From positions 116,314,001 through 116,378,000 of the forward strand of contig NC_058368.1 of assembly GCF_018350175.1 (NCBI RefSeq): a stretch of DNA of 64,000 nucleotides, in the 5' to 3' direction. Under the pieces are notes generated by a model. That model was not told the origin of the DNA. It did not search any database and saw only the letters and a list, made by a program, of their open reading frames with translations. This DNA is from Felis catus (taxonomy: Eukaryota). Shown one piece after another: positions 11,718 to 25,140 of this stretch (within the stretch, counting starts at the first letter, position 1; each line of letters begins with the position of its first letter). The position numbers and the translations under genes are program-made.

Positions 11718-12185
11718 GGGGTGCCTGAATGGCTCAGTTGGCTAAGCATCTGACTCCTGATCTTGGATCAGGTCATGATCCCACAGTTCATAGAACCAAA
11801 CCTCACATCGGGCTCTGCACTGACAGCATGGAGCCTGCTTAGGATTCTCTCTCTCCCTCTCTCTCTGCCCCTCTCCCAACTTTGCACATGTGTGTGCACA
11901 CACCCTTGCTCTCTTTCTCTCTCTCTCTCTCTCTCTCAATAAATAAACTTGAAAAAAAAAGAGGGGTGCCTGGGTGGCTCAGTCAGTTTAAGTGTCTGAC
12001 TTTGACTCAGGCCATGATCTCGCGGTTTGTGAGTTTGAGCCCCAGGTTGGGCTCTGCTGACAGCTCAGAGCCTGGAGCCTGCTTCGGAATCTGTGTCTCC
12101 GTCTCTCTCTGCCCCTTCCCCACTCATGCTGTTTCTCTCTCTCAAATATAAACAAACATTAAACATTTTTTAAAAAATAAAAAAG
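11718..12185 (+). mobile_element. Two tandem CanSINEs inside one TSD
   Basis: TSD aagaatatgctgctgtga at 11700-11717 and 12186-12203. Confidence 0.9.
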
Positions 12186-13309
12186 AAGAATATGCTGCTG
12201 TGAACATGCCTTACAAATACCTGTTCAAGTCCCTGCTTTCACTTCTTCTGGGTATATACCTGGTAGTGGGATTGCAGGATCATTTAGTAATTCTATTTTT
12301 AATTTTTTGAGGAATCACCATGCTGTTTTCCAAAACAGCTATACCATTTCACATTCCCATCAGAATTGCACAAGGGTTCCACTTTTCACACATTCTAGCC
12401 CATACTTTCTATTTTGTTTTTGATAATGGCCATCCTAATGGGTGTGAAGTGGTATCTCATTGTGGCTTTAATTTGCATTTCTCTAATGATTCCTGATGTT
12501 AAGCATCTTTATGCACCTTTGGCCATTCATATATCTTTGGAGAAGTGTCTTTTCAAATCTTTCCCCCATTTTTAATTGGGTTGTTTTTTCATTGTTTAAT
12601 TGTAGATGTTCTTTGTGTATTAATCCTTTATCATTTATCTAATTTGCACCTATTTTTTTGCATCCCATGAGTTGCCTTTTTACTCCACTGGTAGTGTCCT
12701 TTTGTGCCTAAACATTTTGAATTTTGATGAAGTCCAGTTTACTTATTTTTTTCTTTTGTTTGTGTGTTTGGTGTCATATCCATGAAGTTGTTGCCAAATC
12801 CGGTGTCATGAAGATTTTCTCCAATGTTTTCTTATAAGAATTTTATAGTTTTAACTCTTACATTTAGGTCTTAGATGTATCTTGAATTAATTTTTGTTTA
12901 CAATGTAAGGTCAGGGCCCTACTCCATTCTTTTTTGCATGTAGGTATCCATTTTTTTCAGCACCATTATTTAAGACATCTCCCCCATTGAATGGTCTTGG
13001 CATCCTGTTGAAAATCAATTGGCCATATATTGGAGGGTTTATTTCTGGCCTGTCCTGTTACATTGGTCTGTTTTATGCCAGTATCCCACTCTTTTGATTA
13101 TTGTAACTTTTGTAGTAAGTTTTGAAATCAGGCAATGTTGGTCTTCCAAATTTGTGCTTTTTCAAGATTGTTCTGGCTATTCAGGGTCCCTTGAGATTCC
13201 ACAAGAATTTTAGGATGAGCCTTTGTATTTCTGCAAAAATTGCCCTTGGGCTTTTGATAGGGATTGCTTTGAGTTTGTAGATCACTTTTTGAGTGGGAAC
13301 AAGTTTTAG

Positions 13310-13540
13310 GTTTTTTTGTTTGTTTGTTTTAATTTTTTAACATTTATTTATTTTTGAGACGGAGAGAGAAAGAACACAAGCAAGGGAGGGGCAAAGAGAG
13401 AGAGAGACACAGAATCCCAAGCAGGCTCCAGGCTCTGAGCTGTCAACACAGAGCCTGACTTGGGGCTCTGCCTCACAAACTGCAAGATCATGACCTGAGC
13501 CGAAATCGGAGGCCTAACTGACTGAGCCACCCAGGGACCC
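13310..13540 (-). mobile_element. CanSINE
   Basis: Antisense CanSINE; flanks share gaacaagtttt. Confidence 0.88.
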
Positions 13541-14549
13541 TTTGGTGAGAACAAGTTTTGATGCAAATCTTATGTAATTTTTTTTATCAGATTAGATATA
13601 GCAAATCAAAAGGTTTGAGTTTGACAAAATAATAAAAATCATGTATAATAGGGATAGACTGTGTGAGCACTGAGTGATGGCTTCCCTAAAGCCTTGAACC
13701 CAGTTAACATGGTAATGTTCTGAGTAGATGTTTCTGTAATATAATCCTTTTTTTTTTTCCCTGATTTGTCCTCATATTGACTAATTTGTGATTGAATACA
13801 ATGCTTCATATATTGATTAAATGCTAGGAAGAATACATTTTATCCTTTATATCATTAGAGATGAGTTCAGTTTTGTAACAGTTATCTCAATATGGTATTA
13901 AAGCTAGATAAATGAACCTGTAGTATTTTCTTTAATGATGTGGAATTGAAAAAAATTTCACATGTGCTTTTTATGATATCTGAGTCAGAAAATAAAGGTT
14001 TGGCCACATCAGTTGATACTTCGAGAGGTACACTTTGGAAGGGCTTTCAGCTCTTATCAGTTTCTAATTAATTTTTTTCTGTTTATTTTTCTTCTGCTAC
14101 ATCTGTACATTTTTATTTTTGCCTTTTAAAAATTGTACAGTCACTAAATTCAGCAACACATGTGAAACAAAATATCATTATTAAAGAGTAATCCCCAAAG
14201 GGGAAATAATCCAATTATATTGGATACATTATCTTTGTTACTTTTTATTTTGATATAATTTCCAATTTACTAGGAAGTTGCAACAATAGTACAGAGAACT
14301 CCTCCCATATATTCTTTACCCAGACTCACCAGTTGTGTCCATATTGTCCTATTCTCTCTCTCTATGTAAACAAATAAGCAAATAATTTATTTTCTGAATC
14401 ATTTGAAAATAGGTTGCACGCATCATGCTTCTTTACCCTTAAATTCTTCAGTGTACATTCCCTACATATTCTCTTACCTAACCACAGTGCGTTTATCAAA
14501 ATAAGGAATAATAAGTTTCTGAAGTACTTTCCAAATTCTAATTCCTAAA

Positions 14550-16440
14550 ATTTTAAAAATTGAAATATAATCCAATATCATAGGTTCACTCTTTATGTAC
14601 AACGCAGTGGTTTTTAATATATTCACAAAGTTGTACAACATTGATCATTATCTATTTGAAAGAATTTTCATCACCCCCCCCAAACGTCTCCATTAGCAGT
14701 CATTTTTGTGTCCATCTTCCTACTCCCACCCCGCTTTCCTTGATAATCACTAATATGATTTTGTGTCTGGATTTGCCAGAGACAGTGTGTGTATTTCATA
14801 TAAATGGAATGGTACAGTTGTTCCTCGCTTCTTTCACCTAAGATATTGTTGCCAAGATTTCTACATGTTGTATAATGTATCAGTATTTCATTGGAAAAAT
14901 ATTCCATCTTGTGGATATACCACATTTTGTTCATCAATTATTTCTACATTTTTGTTCATCAATTATTTCTACATTTTGGCCACTATAAATAATGATGCTG
15001 TGTACATTTTTGTACAAGTTTTGCATGAACATTTCTTTTCAGTTCTCTTGGGTGTATGCCTAAGGAGTAGAATTGCTAGGTCATATAACTCTGTGTTTAA
15101 CTTTCTGAAGAACTGCCAAGCTGCTTTTTATGCTGCTGCACCATTTTACATTCCCATGAGGGTTCAACTTCTCTACAACCTTGGTCACTTTTTTTGTTTG
15201 CTTTTTATTTATTCATTTTGAGAGAGAGAGAGAGAGAGCAGGGGAGGGGCAGAGAGAAAATCTCAAGCAGGCTCCTGAGCTGTCAGCACAGAGCCCAACA
15301 CACAGCCCGGTCCCATCAACCTTGAGATCATGACCTGAGCCAAAATCAAGAGCAGGGAAGTCCAATCCACTGAGCCACCCAGGGGTTTTCCCCCTCCCTT
15401 TAAAAAAAAAAAAAGAAAAAAAAATAGCCATCCTAGTGGGTGTGGAGTGGTATCTCATTGTGGTTTTGATTTGCATTTCCTCAGTAACTAGTGAAGTTGA
15501 GTATCTTTTCATGTGCTTATTTGTGTATCTTTGGAAAAATGCCTATCTTTTCCCCATTTCTTGTTTGGGTTATTTGCCATATTGTTGAATTGTAAGTGTT
15601 TTTAATATATTCTGGGTACTAGTCCCATATCAGGTACATGATCTGCAGATGTTTTCTCTCATTCTATAGGTTGTCATTTCACTTGTTTGTGTATTTAACA
15701 ATTTTAAGTTTTGGAGAAGCTCAATTTTTATATTTATCTATTTTTTTTCTTTTGTTGCATGTGCCTTTGGTGTCATGTCTAAGAAACTATTGTGTAATCC
15801 AAGGTCATGAAGATTTATGTCTGCTTCCTTCTAAGAGTTTTATAGTTCTAGCTCTTACATTTAGGTCTTTGATCCATTTTGAATTAACTTTTATATAAGG
15901 CTTGAGGTAGAGGCCCAGCCTCATTCTTTTTTTTTTTTTTTTTTTTTTTAATGTTTACTTACTTATTTTTGAGAGAGAGAGAGAGGGAGAGAGAGGGTTA
16001 TTTTGAGAGAGAGAGAGGGAGGGAGGGGGAGGGGCAGAAAGAGAGGGAGAAAGGGAATCCGAAGTAGGCTCCACACTGTCAGTACAGAGCCAGATGTGGG
16101 GCTTGAACCTATACAAACTGTGAGATCATGACCTGAAGGATGCTTAGCTGATGAGCCACCCAGGTGCCCCAACCTCATTTATTTGAATGTGCATAACCAA
16201 TTTGTCCCAGCACCATTTGTTGAAAAGACTGTTTTTTTCTCCATTGAATTGTCTTGACACCCTTGTCAAAAATCAGTTGACTGTGGATGTGAGGGTTTGT
16301 TTCTGTTAAATTCCATTTGTGGATGTCTTATGCTGGTTGCATATTGTAGCTTTTTGCAGTAAGCTTTGAAATTGGAAAGTGTAAGTCCTCTAACTTTGTT
16401 CTTTTTCAAGATTGCTTTTGCTATTCTGAGTTATTGGATA
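14550..16440 (-). mobile_element. Ancient L1M fragment interrupted by two SINEs
   Basis: Antisense ORF2 remnants ([40 protein letters not shown]). Confidence 0.78.
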
Positions 16441-18149
16441 TGGTCTCGTTCTCTTGATCTGGTCCTCAGAAGAGTTTAATAGGGAGTATTTAATATGCTA
16501 TAGAATTTGTGGTCACACACAAAAGCTCCCCACTTCTTCCATTAATAATATTCTAGCTCTTGAAATTTCTACCCCTTTTATACATAATTTTTTTCAAACT
16601 GGAGGAACAACTCATGTGATTTAAACCTGTGTTTGCTAGGCTATGACAAGAACAAGTTGTCATAATATTAGTGTTTGATTTTTTTCATGTGTCCTCTTCT
16701 TGACAAACCATGGATATATGTTTGAGAGGAAGAAAACTGAAGTGGGAGGAGATGGTTGGTTTCGGTAGTTGTAATCTGAATGCACCTGAAATAGACTATA
16801 GTCTGTGTGAAAAATATGGACAGAATTTCTTTTTTCAGGATAATAGAGGTAAATGAATAAGTGGCATAAAATATAAACCATAGTAATTAGAGTTTTTGCA
16901 TCTGGTATCTTCTAACAACTACTTAAGAGGTGTGATTCCAATATTTAAGTAACATACAATTTGCTTGACACCTAAGCCAGCGTTATCACCTATGTGATTA
17001 AATTGCAAAAACAAATCTTAGATGTCACTGCTCAAATGGCTGCAATTATATTAAATTATTAGTTATTTTGACTCTATGAACAGGGAGAGTTTGTACTATA
17101 TTTTAGTACCTATTTTACTAAGGATTTGATAAAGAAAAGTTTATTTTCTTTTAGTTTGAAGAGGGCATTATTTAAGGCTCTAGTTAACTCAGGTGCATGG
17201 ATTTGACCTCTTATCCTCCTATTATTTAGAATAATGTGATGGTAGAGTTTTAAAGGTACTTTCTGTTGTGTATTATCTCCCCTGCCCCCTGCCCTTTTTG
17301 TAAGTATGTTTCGCACCTAGCATGGAGCTCACCATGGGGCTTGAACTCATTATCCTGAGATCAAGACCTGAGCTGAGATGATGAGTTGGATACATAACTG
17401 ACTGAGCCAACCAAGTGCACCATTGTGTATTATTCCCTTGTTGCTAATCTGTAACAATCGTTTACTCATTCTCTAGAAGAGAAAGTCAGAGTTTAGTTTA
17501 GGTTAGGACCTCTTCTTGAACTCACATCATGCATAATAAAATTATGTATTTTAGAAGTTAGAGTCCTTGGCAGTCTGTTTAATTCTGGTTAGTATTGTAG
17601 AGTTGTTCATTTAACAAAAATTTATATAGAGGCTACTATTTGATAAGCTTTGTGCTAGGGTTTGGAATTACAAAGATGAAAAACTGTGGTCTCTGCCCTT
17701 AACAACATCAGCATTTTCACAAGCATGAACATTTCAGGGAACTTATTAAAACAAGGTAAATTATTTATTCAAATTATATTTGACCTTCCAAAATCCTTTT
17801 ACATATTAACAAATTATATTTAAGTGTGTCAAGGCATTGTGTACTTTAATTACATTAACTCTTTTAATATTTTCATGGTTTTGTGACAGTCCAGGATCTT
17901 AAACACAAATGTATGGGACACTATCCTGTGTAAATTGGATGATCATTATGAAGGTTGATGTTTGGATGTCTTATTTCAGGAGTTTGATGAGTTTTAAGTG
18001 GCAAGTTTAAAGGGGCAATGATTAAAAATGAAAGGATACAAAGTCCATCAGCTTAAGATTATTTTGTGCTCATATTTAAGCAAAACCACAACTGCTTCAT
18101 TATGTTCTATAAACTCTCTAAGCATGTCCTGCTTCAGAGCATTTGGCAT

Positions 18150-19630
18150 TTGCAGGTTGTTTTCTCAGAAACTTTCTTCTCTTAGTTATCCATGTGGCTT
18201 CTATCTCTTACTTCTTTTAGCAGTCTACCAAGATGCCTTCTAACTGCCTACTATACGTATGCTCCATAAACATCTCAGGTCACCAATTTTAATTCTGAAC
18301 CCATCATTTCCCCCTCCACCCCTATCTCCCCCTGCCCCTTTGTAAATTACATTGCCCTGAAGTTAGTTACTGTAGTCAAACCTCAGAGCTCGCACCTGCT
18401 CTTTCTTCTCATTATACACATTTAAGCAGACACTGAGTCCTGTAGGTTCTTTCCTAACATCTTGTTTATTTGTCCCTATTTCTGAATCCTTAATGCTCTG
18501 CCATAAATAAAAACATCATCTTTCCCTGGCAGTTATTTCAGTAATCCCTGACTCTGTCTACCTCCAAGAGTATACCTCTCTAATTCTTCCTCTACCCTGC
18601 TATCAGAGTAAATTCTGTAATGGCAGTTCAGTCATGTGACTCTTGACAAAAAGCCTTCTCATTTCTTAGAGAAAGGATAAATCAAATTCTTTGATGTGGC
18701 TTACAGTGTTATTTAGGATTTGGCTTCTGTCTAGTTTTTCAACTCTGTCCTTTTTTTTTTAGAGTGAAAGAGAAAGAGAGCAAGCACGAGTGATAGTGGG
18801 AGAGAGAGAAAATCTTAAGCAGACTCCAGGCCCAGTGTGGAGCTGAACATGGGGCTCGATCTCAGGACTCTGGGATCATGACCAGAGCCGAAGTCAAGAG
18901 TTGGATGCTTTACCAACTAAGCCCACCCCAACTCTATCCTTTTTGTGCCCTACTTTATTTGCTTTTTGTGTTCTATCCATACCAAATTGTTGTAGTTCTC
19001 TGAACATATCAAGCTATTATAGGCCTTGCTTTAATTTGCTTCTACTGCTTTGGCTTCTAGAATTGTAATAATAGCTACTATATGCTGAGTGCTTATTGTC
19101 CACTGGGTTAAGTACTTAACCTATATATTATCAAATAAACTTAACCAGTACCATTTGAAGATAGCATTATTTATAGATATTTACAGTTTACAGATGAGGA
19201 AACTGAAGCTTAGAGACATTGTGTAACATACACAAAAGTCATATATCTAGTTGATGATGGAGCCAGGATTTGAATTCAACTATCTTGGAACTTAAAGCCC
19301 ATGTTTGTAACTACTGCTATACACTGATGCTGCTGTCACTGATGTCCCTCTTCCCCATCCTGTTGGATACCTTCTTGTTCCAGAGTTGTCATCTCTAACT
19401 CCTTTCCTTCATTACTAGCCTAGGTGGAATTGACCATTCCTTCTTCTGTGTTCCCATGTTGTCCGTATATAACTATTACAGCATACATAATACTTTATTG
19501 CATTTACTTGATTGTCTTAATGAGCAAGAATCATGTCTTATTTGTTTTTGTCTTATTTGTTTTTGTGCTGCCAGTATACAGTAGAATGTTTGGCACATAG
19601 TAGATGCCTGATAAATGTTGAATGAATGTG
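18150..19630 (+). mobile_element. L2 LINE fragments (interrupted by a CanSINE and a MIR)
   Basis: L2-like text ending tttggcacatagtagatgcctgataaatgttgaatgaatg. Confidence 0.55.
19065..19320 (-). mobile_element. MIR SINE
   Basis: ttacagatgaggaaactgaagcttagaga...gagccaggatttgaattc. Confidence 0.75.
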
Positions 19631-20549
19631 TCTGTAGTGCTTAATATGCTCAGGTTACTTGTTAGCCTAAGATGAATATAATGGATTCTATATTATTTTT
19701 GTGGAGTAGAGAGTATGAGTATAGGAAGGAAACTGACCTTAATGATAGTAGTAGTGGTAATATTAATAAGAATAATAGCAACTAATATTTGTTGAGCAAT
19801 TACCATGTGTTAAGCCCTGTTGTGAAATTTTAGATACAGTATCTTGCTTACTCATCAGTAACCCTGTGATGTAGTTACTGCTCTCCTTATTTTATAGTTG
19901 AGGAAAATGAGTTTAAGAGAAGGAGAACAAGTTTGCTAAGATCACACTATGAGAGATGAAGTGGTATTCTAAGAGTCCTTACTCTTAGTCATTATTCTTT
20001 CTTCCCCTTACTAGTATTAATTGGAGGTTTATGGGTGTTTGAGGCTCCTCTTAATTTATTAAAATCAATTATTTCTTTCAAGCGTTGAATACTTATTTTC
20101 TATTTGGGATAATGAGTAGAAGCCAGGACTTTGTCTAACTGTGGGGAAAACAGGAAGTTTTTCCTTTCAACAGTAAGATTTTCTTGGCTTTAACTCCCAT
20201 ATACTTCATTCCTTGTGACTTTTCTAACGACTTTGTGAGCAGTCTTCTTTTTAAAAAACCTGTTGTGGCACAACATTTTGTTGTATACGTGTTGTATGTA
20301 TGCATTAGAAATAATGCAGTTTTGGGTGTCACAAATTACTAAATGAAAGCATAATTTGTCTTAAGACTCTGGCAGAGAAGTGTTAGTGGGTTTGATAATC
20401 TTGATTACATTTATTTTATTTAGACAAGTTTTTTCCTGACATTACTGTTATTGCTAAATTGAGGTATTACCATACTTGTAGTTTTTTTTTTTTATTTACT
20501 TAACTGGTTAGTATTTGTTTTAGTTATACTCCATTGTTTGTTTATTATA

Positions 20550-20743
20550 ATTTTTTAAATATTTATTTATTTTCAAGAGAGAATGAGCAAGAGAGGGGTA
20601 GAGAGAGAAAGGGAGACAGAGAATCCAAAGCAGGCTCCTCTCTGTCAATACAAAGCCTGTTGCAGGGCTCGAACCCACCAACCATGAGATCATGACCTGA
20701 GCTGAAGTCAAATGCTCAACCAACTAAGCCACCCAGGCACCCC
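20550..20743 (-). mobile_element. CanSINE
   Basis: TSD ttatactccattgttt at 20524-20539 and 20745-20760. Confidence 0.9.
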
Positions 20744-21029
20744 ATTATACTCCATTGTTTAGAAGATTCGCTTAATACAGTTTGGTGTAGTAAAAAAGGG
20801 TATGAGTTTTGGGGTCCAAAATACGTGGCTTCAGATACCTGTATGGTTATGTGATCTTGGGCTAGTCCCTTAATTTTTCTGAGTTTCAGTTCCTTAAAAT
20901 GATGATCAGTTAGTCTACTTCATCGAGTAGGTAAGATGATTGAATGGAATAACATATGGAAAATGCTGATAGATATGAGGCATTTTATTAATGGTAGCCT
21001 ATTTTTTTAAAAGCACTTGATTCATGGGA

Positions 21030-21233
21030 GCTTTTGTTTTATTTTTTTGAGAGAATGAGTGAGAGGTGCATGCAAGCAGGGGAGGGGCAGAGAGAGAGCA
21101 AGCTCCATGCCCAGTGCTAAGCTGATGTTGGGCTCAGTCTCACAACCATGAGATCATGACCTGAGCCAAAATCAAGAGTCAGATGCTTAACTGATTAAGG
21201 CATCCAGGCACCCCTATTTTTTTTAAATAGCAG

Positions 21234-21267
<34 letters not shown>

Positions 21268-21795
21268 TTTAAAGTAGACTCCATGCCCAATGTGGGACTT
21301 GAACTCACTACCCTGAGATTAAGAGTCACATGCTCTATCAGCTGAGCCTGCCAGCCCCCTCAAGTAGCTATTATTTTTAAGACCTTCCTTTCTGCCATCT
21401 TTCATTAGAAACTTAAAAAAAAAGTAGATTCTGTATTAAAAGTATAGTTTAGAAGTTAAGTTTTTGTAGCTGAACAAAGTGAAGTTAATTTTCTCCAGCT
21501 TTAACTTAGAATTAGGAAAAGCACAATGGTTCTCTCTTGTGCTGTGTGAAACTAATCAACTTCAGAAATCCGAAGATACTGTTGCCTTTTTTTTTAATGT
21601 TTATTTATTTATTTTGAGAGAGAAAAATAGAGAGCAAGCAGGGGAGGGGCAGAGAGAGAGGGAGACAGAGAATCCTAAGCAGGCTCCATAGTCATTGTGG
21701 AGTCCGATGTGGGGCTTGAACTCATGAACCATGAGATCATGACCTGAGCTGAAACCAAGAGTGGGCACTTAACTGACTGAGTCACCTAAGTGCCC
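21030..21795 (-). mobile_element. Cluster of three antisense CanSINEs (about 21030-21213, 21225-21360 short type, 21587-21795)
   Basis: CanSINE consensus text in each. Confidence 0.85.
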
Positions 21796-22059
21796 TACCG
21801 TTGCCTTTTTTTGAGAAAAAGATGTGGGTCTGAATTTGGCAATACAGTTTTCCTTGTAGAAAGAAACTTGAAAAGCATATATGTTAAAGAATACAGCCTT
21901 TTTTGTTCCAGTATTCCAAGATGTTTTTGCTGATTTTATTGGGCCTTACAGGATCAGCAAAACTCATTCCTACATTTATCATTATTTGGTCCTAAATTGC
22001 AACTGTATTACTTTCTCCCTTTGAATACATCTTGGGGCATATTTGTGGTTGAAACTTTT

Positions 22060-22278
22060 TTATAATTTTTTTTTTCAGCGGTTATTTATTTTTGGGACAG
22101 AGAGAGACAGAGCATGAATGGGGGAGGGGCAGAGAGAGAGGGAGACACAGAATCGGAAACAGGCTCCAGGCTCTGAGCCATCAGCCCAGAGCCTGACGCG
22201 GGGCTTGAACTCACAGACTGCGAGATCGTGACCTGGCTGAAGTCGGACGCTTAACCGACTGTGCCACCCAGGCGCCCC
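22060..22278 (-). mobile_element. Young felid CanSINE (SINEC_Fc-like)
   Basis: CpG-rich, gtgacctggctgaagtcgg variant; perfect TSD tgtggttgaaactttt at 22044-22059 and 22279-22294. Confidence 0.92.
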
Positions 22279-22584
22279 TGTGGTTGAAACTTTTGAATAC
22301 TGTGTTTTTTGCAAAAAGAAATTGCTATGTCCTTCAGTAATTATCTCTTGGAACACTGATCCATCCTTTTTTGCCCTTCCAAGTAGAAATCAATAGTAAG
22401 CCACCTACTTTCTAAAATTGGTGTAAATGCTGATTCTGGCTTAAAGTAGAGGGCTTACTTTGAGTGGGGAAAAGTAAAACATATTGGTCTATCCAAATAT
22501 AAATTGTACAAAAGTGAAGAGAAATAGCAAATAGATTTTTAAAAAATTTTCAGATGTTTAAAATGTTTTATTTAGCTTTCCATT

Positions 22585-22845
22585 TTATTTATTTGTTTAT
22601 TTATTTATTTATTTATTTATTCATTTATTTATTTATTTATTTTAAAAAGTTTATTTATTTATTTGTTTGTTTTGAGGGAGAAAGCGCAAGCAGTGGAGGG
22701 GTAGAGAAAAAGGAGAGAGCAAGAATCCCAAGTAGGCTCCACACTGCCAGTGTGCAGCCCAATGCGGGGCTTGAACCCACCAACTGTGAGATCATGACCT
22801 GAGCCAAAGCCGGACACTTAACCTACGGAGCTACCCAGGTGTCCC
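22585..22845 (-). mobile_element. CanSINE with (TTTA)n tail
   Basis: Antisense CanSINE; flanks share ttagcttt(c/a)cattt. Confidence 0.88.
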
Positions 22846-23439
22846 TTAGCTTTACATTTTAAATGATCAAATCTGAACCTCTTAAGGGAGCTCTATTTTT
22901 GAAAGTTTGTGAGGAAAAGGAGTATAAAAAATTTAGCCTTCCCTTGAGCTTTCTCATAGCTCCAGTTGGAATTCATGGGAGTGATGATTACTCTTAAAGT
23001 TAGCAGGAACAAAATTTGTGGCTACTAATATTTTAGTCTCTAACTCAAAATACAAATTTATTTAACATGTTTAAGAGAAAAGCTTCATAATTTATTGTTA
23101 CATTAACAGGTGTTCTATGCAAAACAATGTGTTTTCAACTTGTATTTGAGAGCTTGATAGTCTTTATTTGATATAACCACGTGACTGGAGAATATATAAA
23201 CAAACATATATATGTGCATTTTTTATGATCGAATGTTTCTTTTTTCACTAACTTTTACCTCTTAACTAGCAGTTGCTCTTTCCAGAAATATACCTTAGAG
23301 AAAGTAGCAGTTGGTTCTTGATGAATATATAGGTGAGGTTTTATTATTTTGCTTTTATAAGTCTTTTTTAAAACACTAATATCATAAAAGTTTTAATTAT
23401 AACACTGCTTACTTAAACTTGTTAACTTTTTAAATCTTA

Positions 23440-23669
23440 TTTATTATTTTTTTATGTTTATTTATTTTTGAGAGAGGGAGAGCAAGAGAGAGAGAGACAG
23501 AGTGTGAGCAGGGGAGGGATAGAGAGAGAGGGAGACACAGAATCTGAAGCAGGCTCCAGGCTCTGAGCTGTCAGCACAGAGCCCAAGGTAGGGCTTGAAT
23601 TCACAGACCACAAGATCACGACCTGAGCTGAAGTTGGACACTTAGCTGACCGAGCCACTGAGGCGCCCC
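23440..23669 (-). mobile_element. CanSINE
   Basis: Antisense CanSINE text. Confidence 0.88.
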
Positions 23670-24151
23670 TATTTATTTTTTGTGGAATTGAGTTTTGGCC
23701 AAAGCATAGCTGGGTTAATGGTTTTTCTAACTAGATTTTGGTAATGTAACTGACATCATTTTTTTCAGGTGATAATATAATAGTTGAGTCTGTGGTTAAT
23801 TTTCCTGGTAACTGTTGCTGTCCGGTTGTTCATTTCTGAAATGTCAAATGAGGTAAAAAATAGGAGAAAATGCTTGTTTCTGTTTTCCTTCTTGCCCTCC
23901 TTTGCATAAATTCTAGTTGAAGAGACTATAGTTACGTTTTTTAAAAAGAAGGGAGGGAGAGAAAAAACTTTTGGGAAGGAAGACTTAAAGTATTTTTGCC
24001 TTTAGCATTTATAAAAGATTACTTATAAAAAAACAACAGTTTTTGTGAACCAGAATTCCTCTCATCTTTTTACTTCAACCGTTTATTTTTGTACCTAATC
24101 AAAGATAGAAAAAAAAAGTTTGCAATCTTTAAGACTTGAAATAAACTTTAT

Positions 24152-24365
24152 GGGTGCCTGGGTAGCTCGGTTGGTTGAACATCCGACTTTGGCTCTGTTC
24201 ATGATTTCACCGTTTGTGAGTTCAAGCCCTGTGTCGGGCTCTGGGCGGACAGCTCAGACCCTGGAGATTGCTTCAGATTCTGTCTCCCTCTCTCTGCCCT
24301 TCCTCCACTTGCATTCTGCCTCTCTCTCTCTCAAAAATAAATAATCATTAAAAATTAATTTTAAA
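24152..24365 (+). mobile_element. CanSINE
   Basis: Sense CanSINE; flanks share aaataaactttat. Confidence 0.88.
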
Positions 24366-24906
24366 AAGGCTTCAAATAAACTTTATTGTCATTGTCAAAA
24401 ACAGTACCATTATAAGTGGAAGTTTCATGTTTTGTTGCTCAGTGTAGTTGCTGGATAGAGATGAGCTATGTAACTGTCACTGGGCAGTAGAGACATTTCT
24501 GTGATCCTTTAGCTGTATATAAGATAAAAAACTATGAGCCTTCTGTATTTATACATGATAAAGACTAATTTAACTAGATCTAACATTATTTTGGACTTAT
24601 CCATTTTGTGGACCTGTTTTTGGAGACTATCTCACCAAGCCTTTTATGTTAAATATACAGAATTTGTCTAATTTACTATTTCCATAGAGCTGTAGATGGT
24701 TTTCATGTTGGTTGACCAGATATATTTTGAGATAATGCTATTACAATCTGAATTATAAGTGTATGTATTTCAACAGGTTTATCAGGTGAGATATTTATGA
24801 ATTGCCAAAAGCAAGCCACCAAGTATTCCCAAAGTAATAGACATAACTGGATATTTTTTACTTTTATTGAGTGCACATTGAGACAGGCTTTTAAAATTTT
24901 GAAGAA

Positions 24907-25140
24907 GGGGGTGCCTGGCTGGCTCAGTCGGTTGAGTGGCCGACTTCAGCTCAGGTCATGATCTCACAGCTTGTGAGTTCGAGCCCCACGTTGGGCTCTG
25001 TGCTGACAGCTCAGAGCCTGGAGCCTGCTTCAGATCAGTGTCTCCCTCTCTCTCTGCCCCAACCCACTCACATTCTGTCTCTGTCTCTCTCAAAAGTAAA
25101 TAAACATTAAAAAAAATTTTTTTAATAAAAAAATAAATAA
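24907..25140 (+). mobile_element. CanSINE
   Basis: Sense CanSINE; flanks share aaaattttg(a/g)agaag. Confidence 0.88.

Larger units (their letters stand above)
10990..13290 (-). mobile_element. Ancient L1M (L1MB-like) fragment interrupted by three SINEs
   Basis: L1M 3' end (aaaatttaccattttagccattttaaagtgtac) and degenerate antisense ORF2. Confidence 0.78.

Noticed and set aside
13933..13984. Possible intronic C/D box snoRNA (atgatgt...ctga)
   Set aside because: Imperfect box C, too short, and no terminal stem.
14763..15221. 152-aa + strand ORF
   Set aside because: Antisense reading of decayed L1M, hydrophobic and low-information, with no supporting exon signals.
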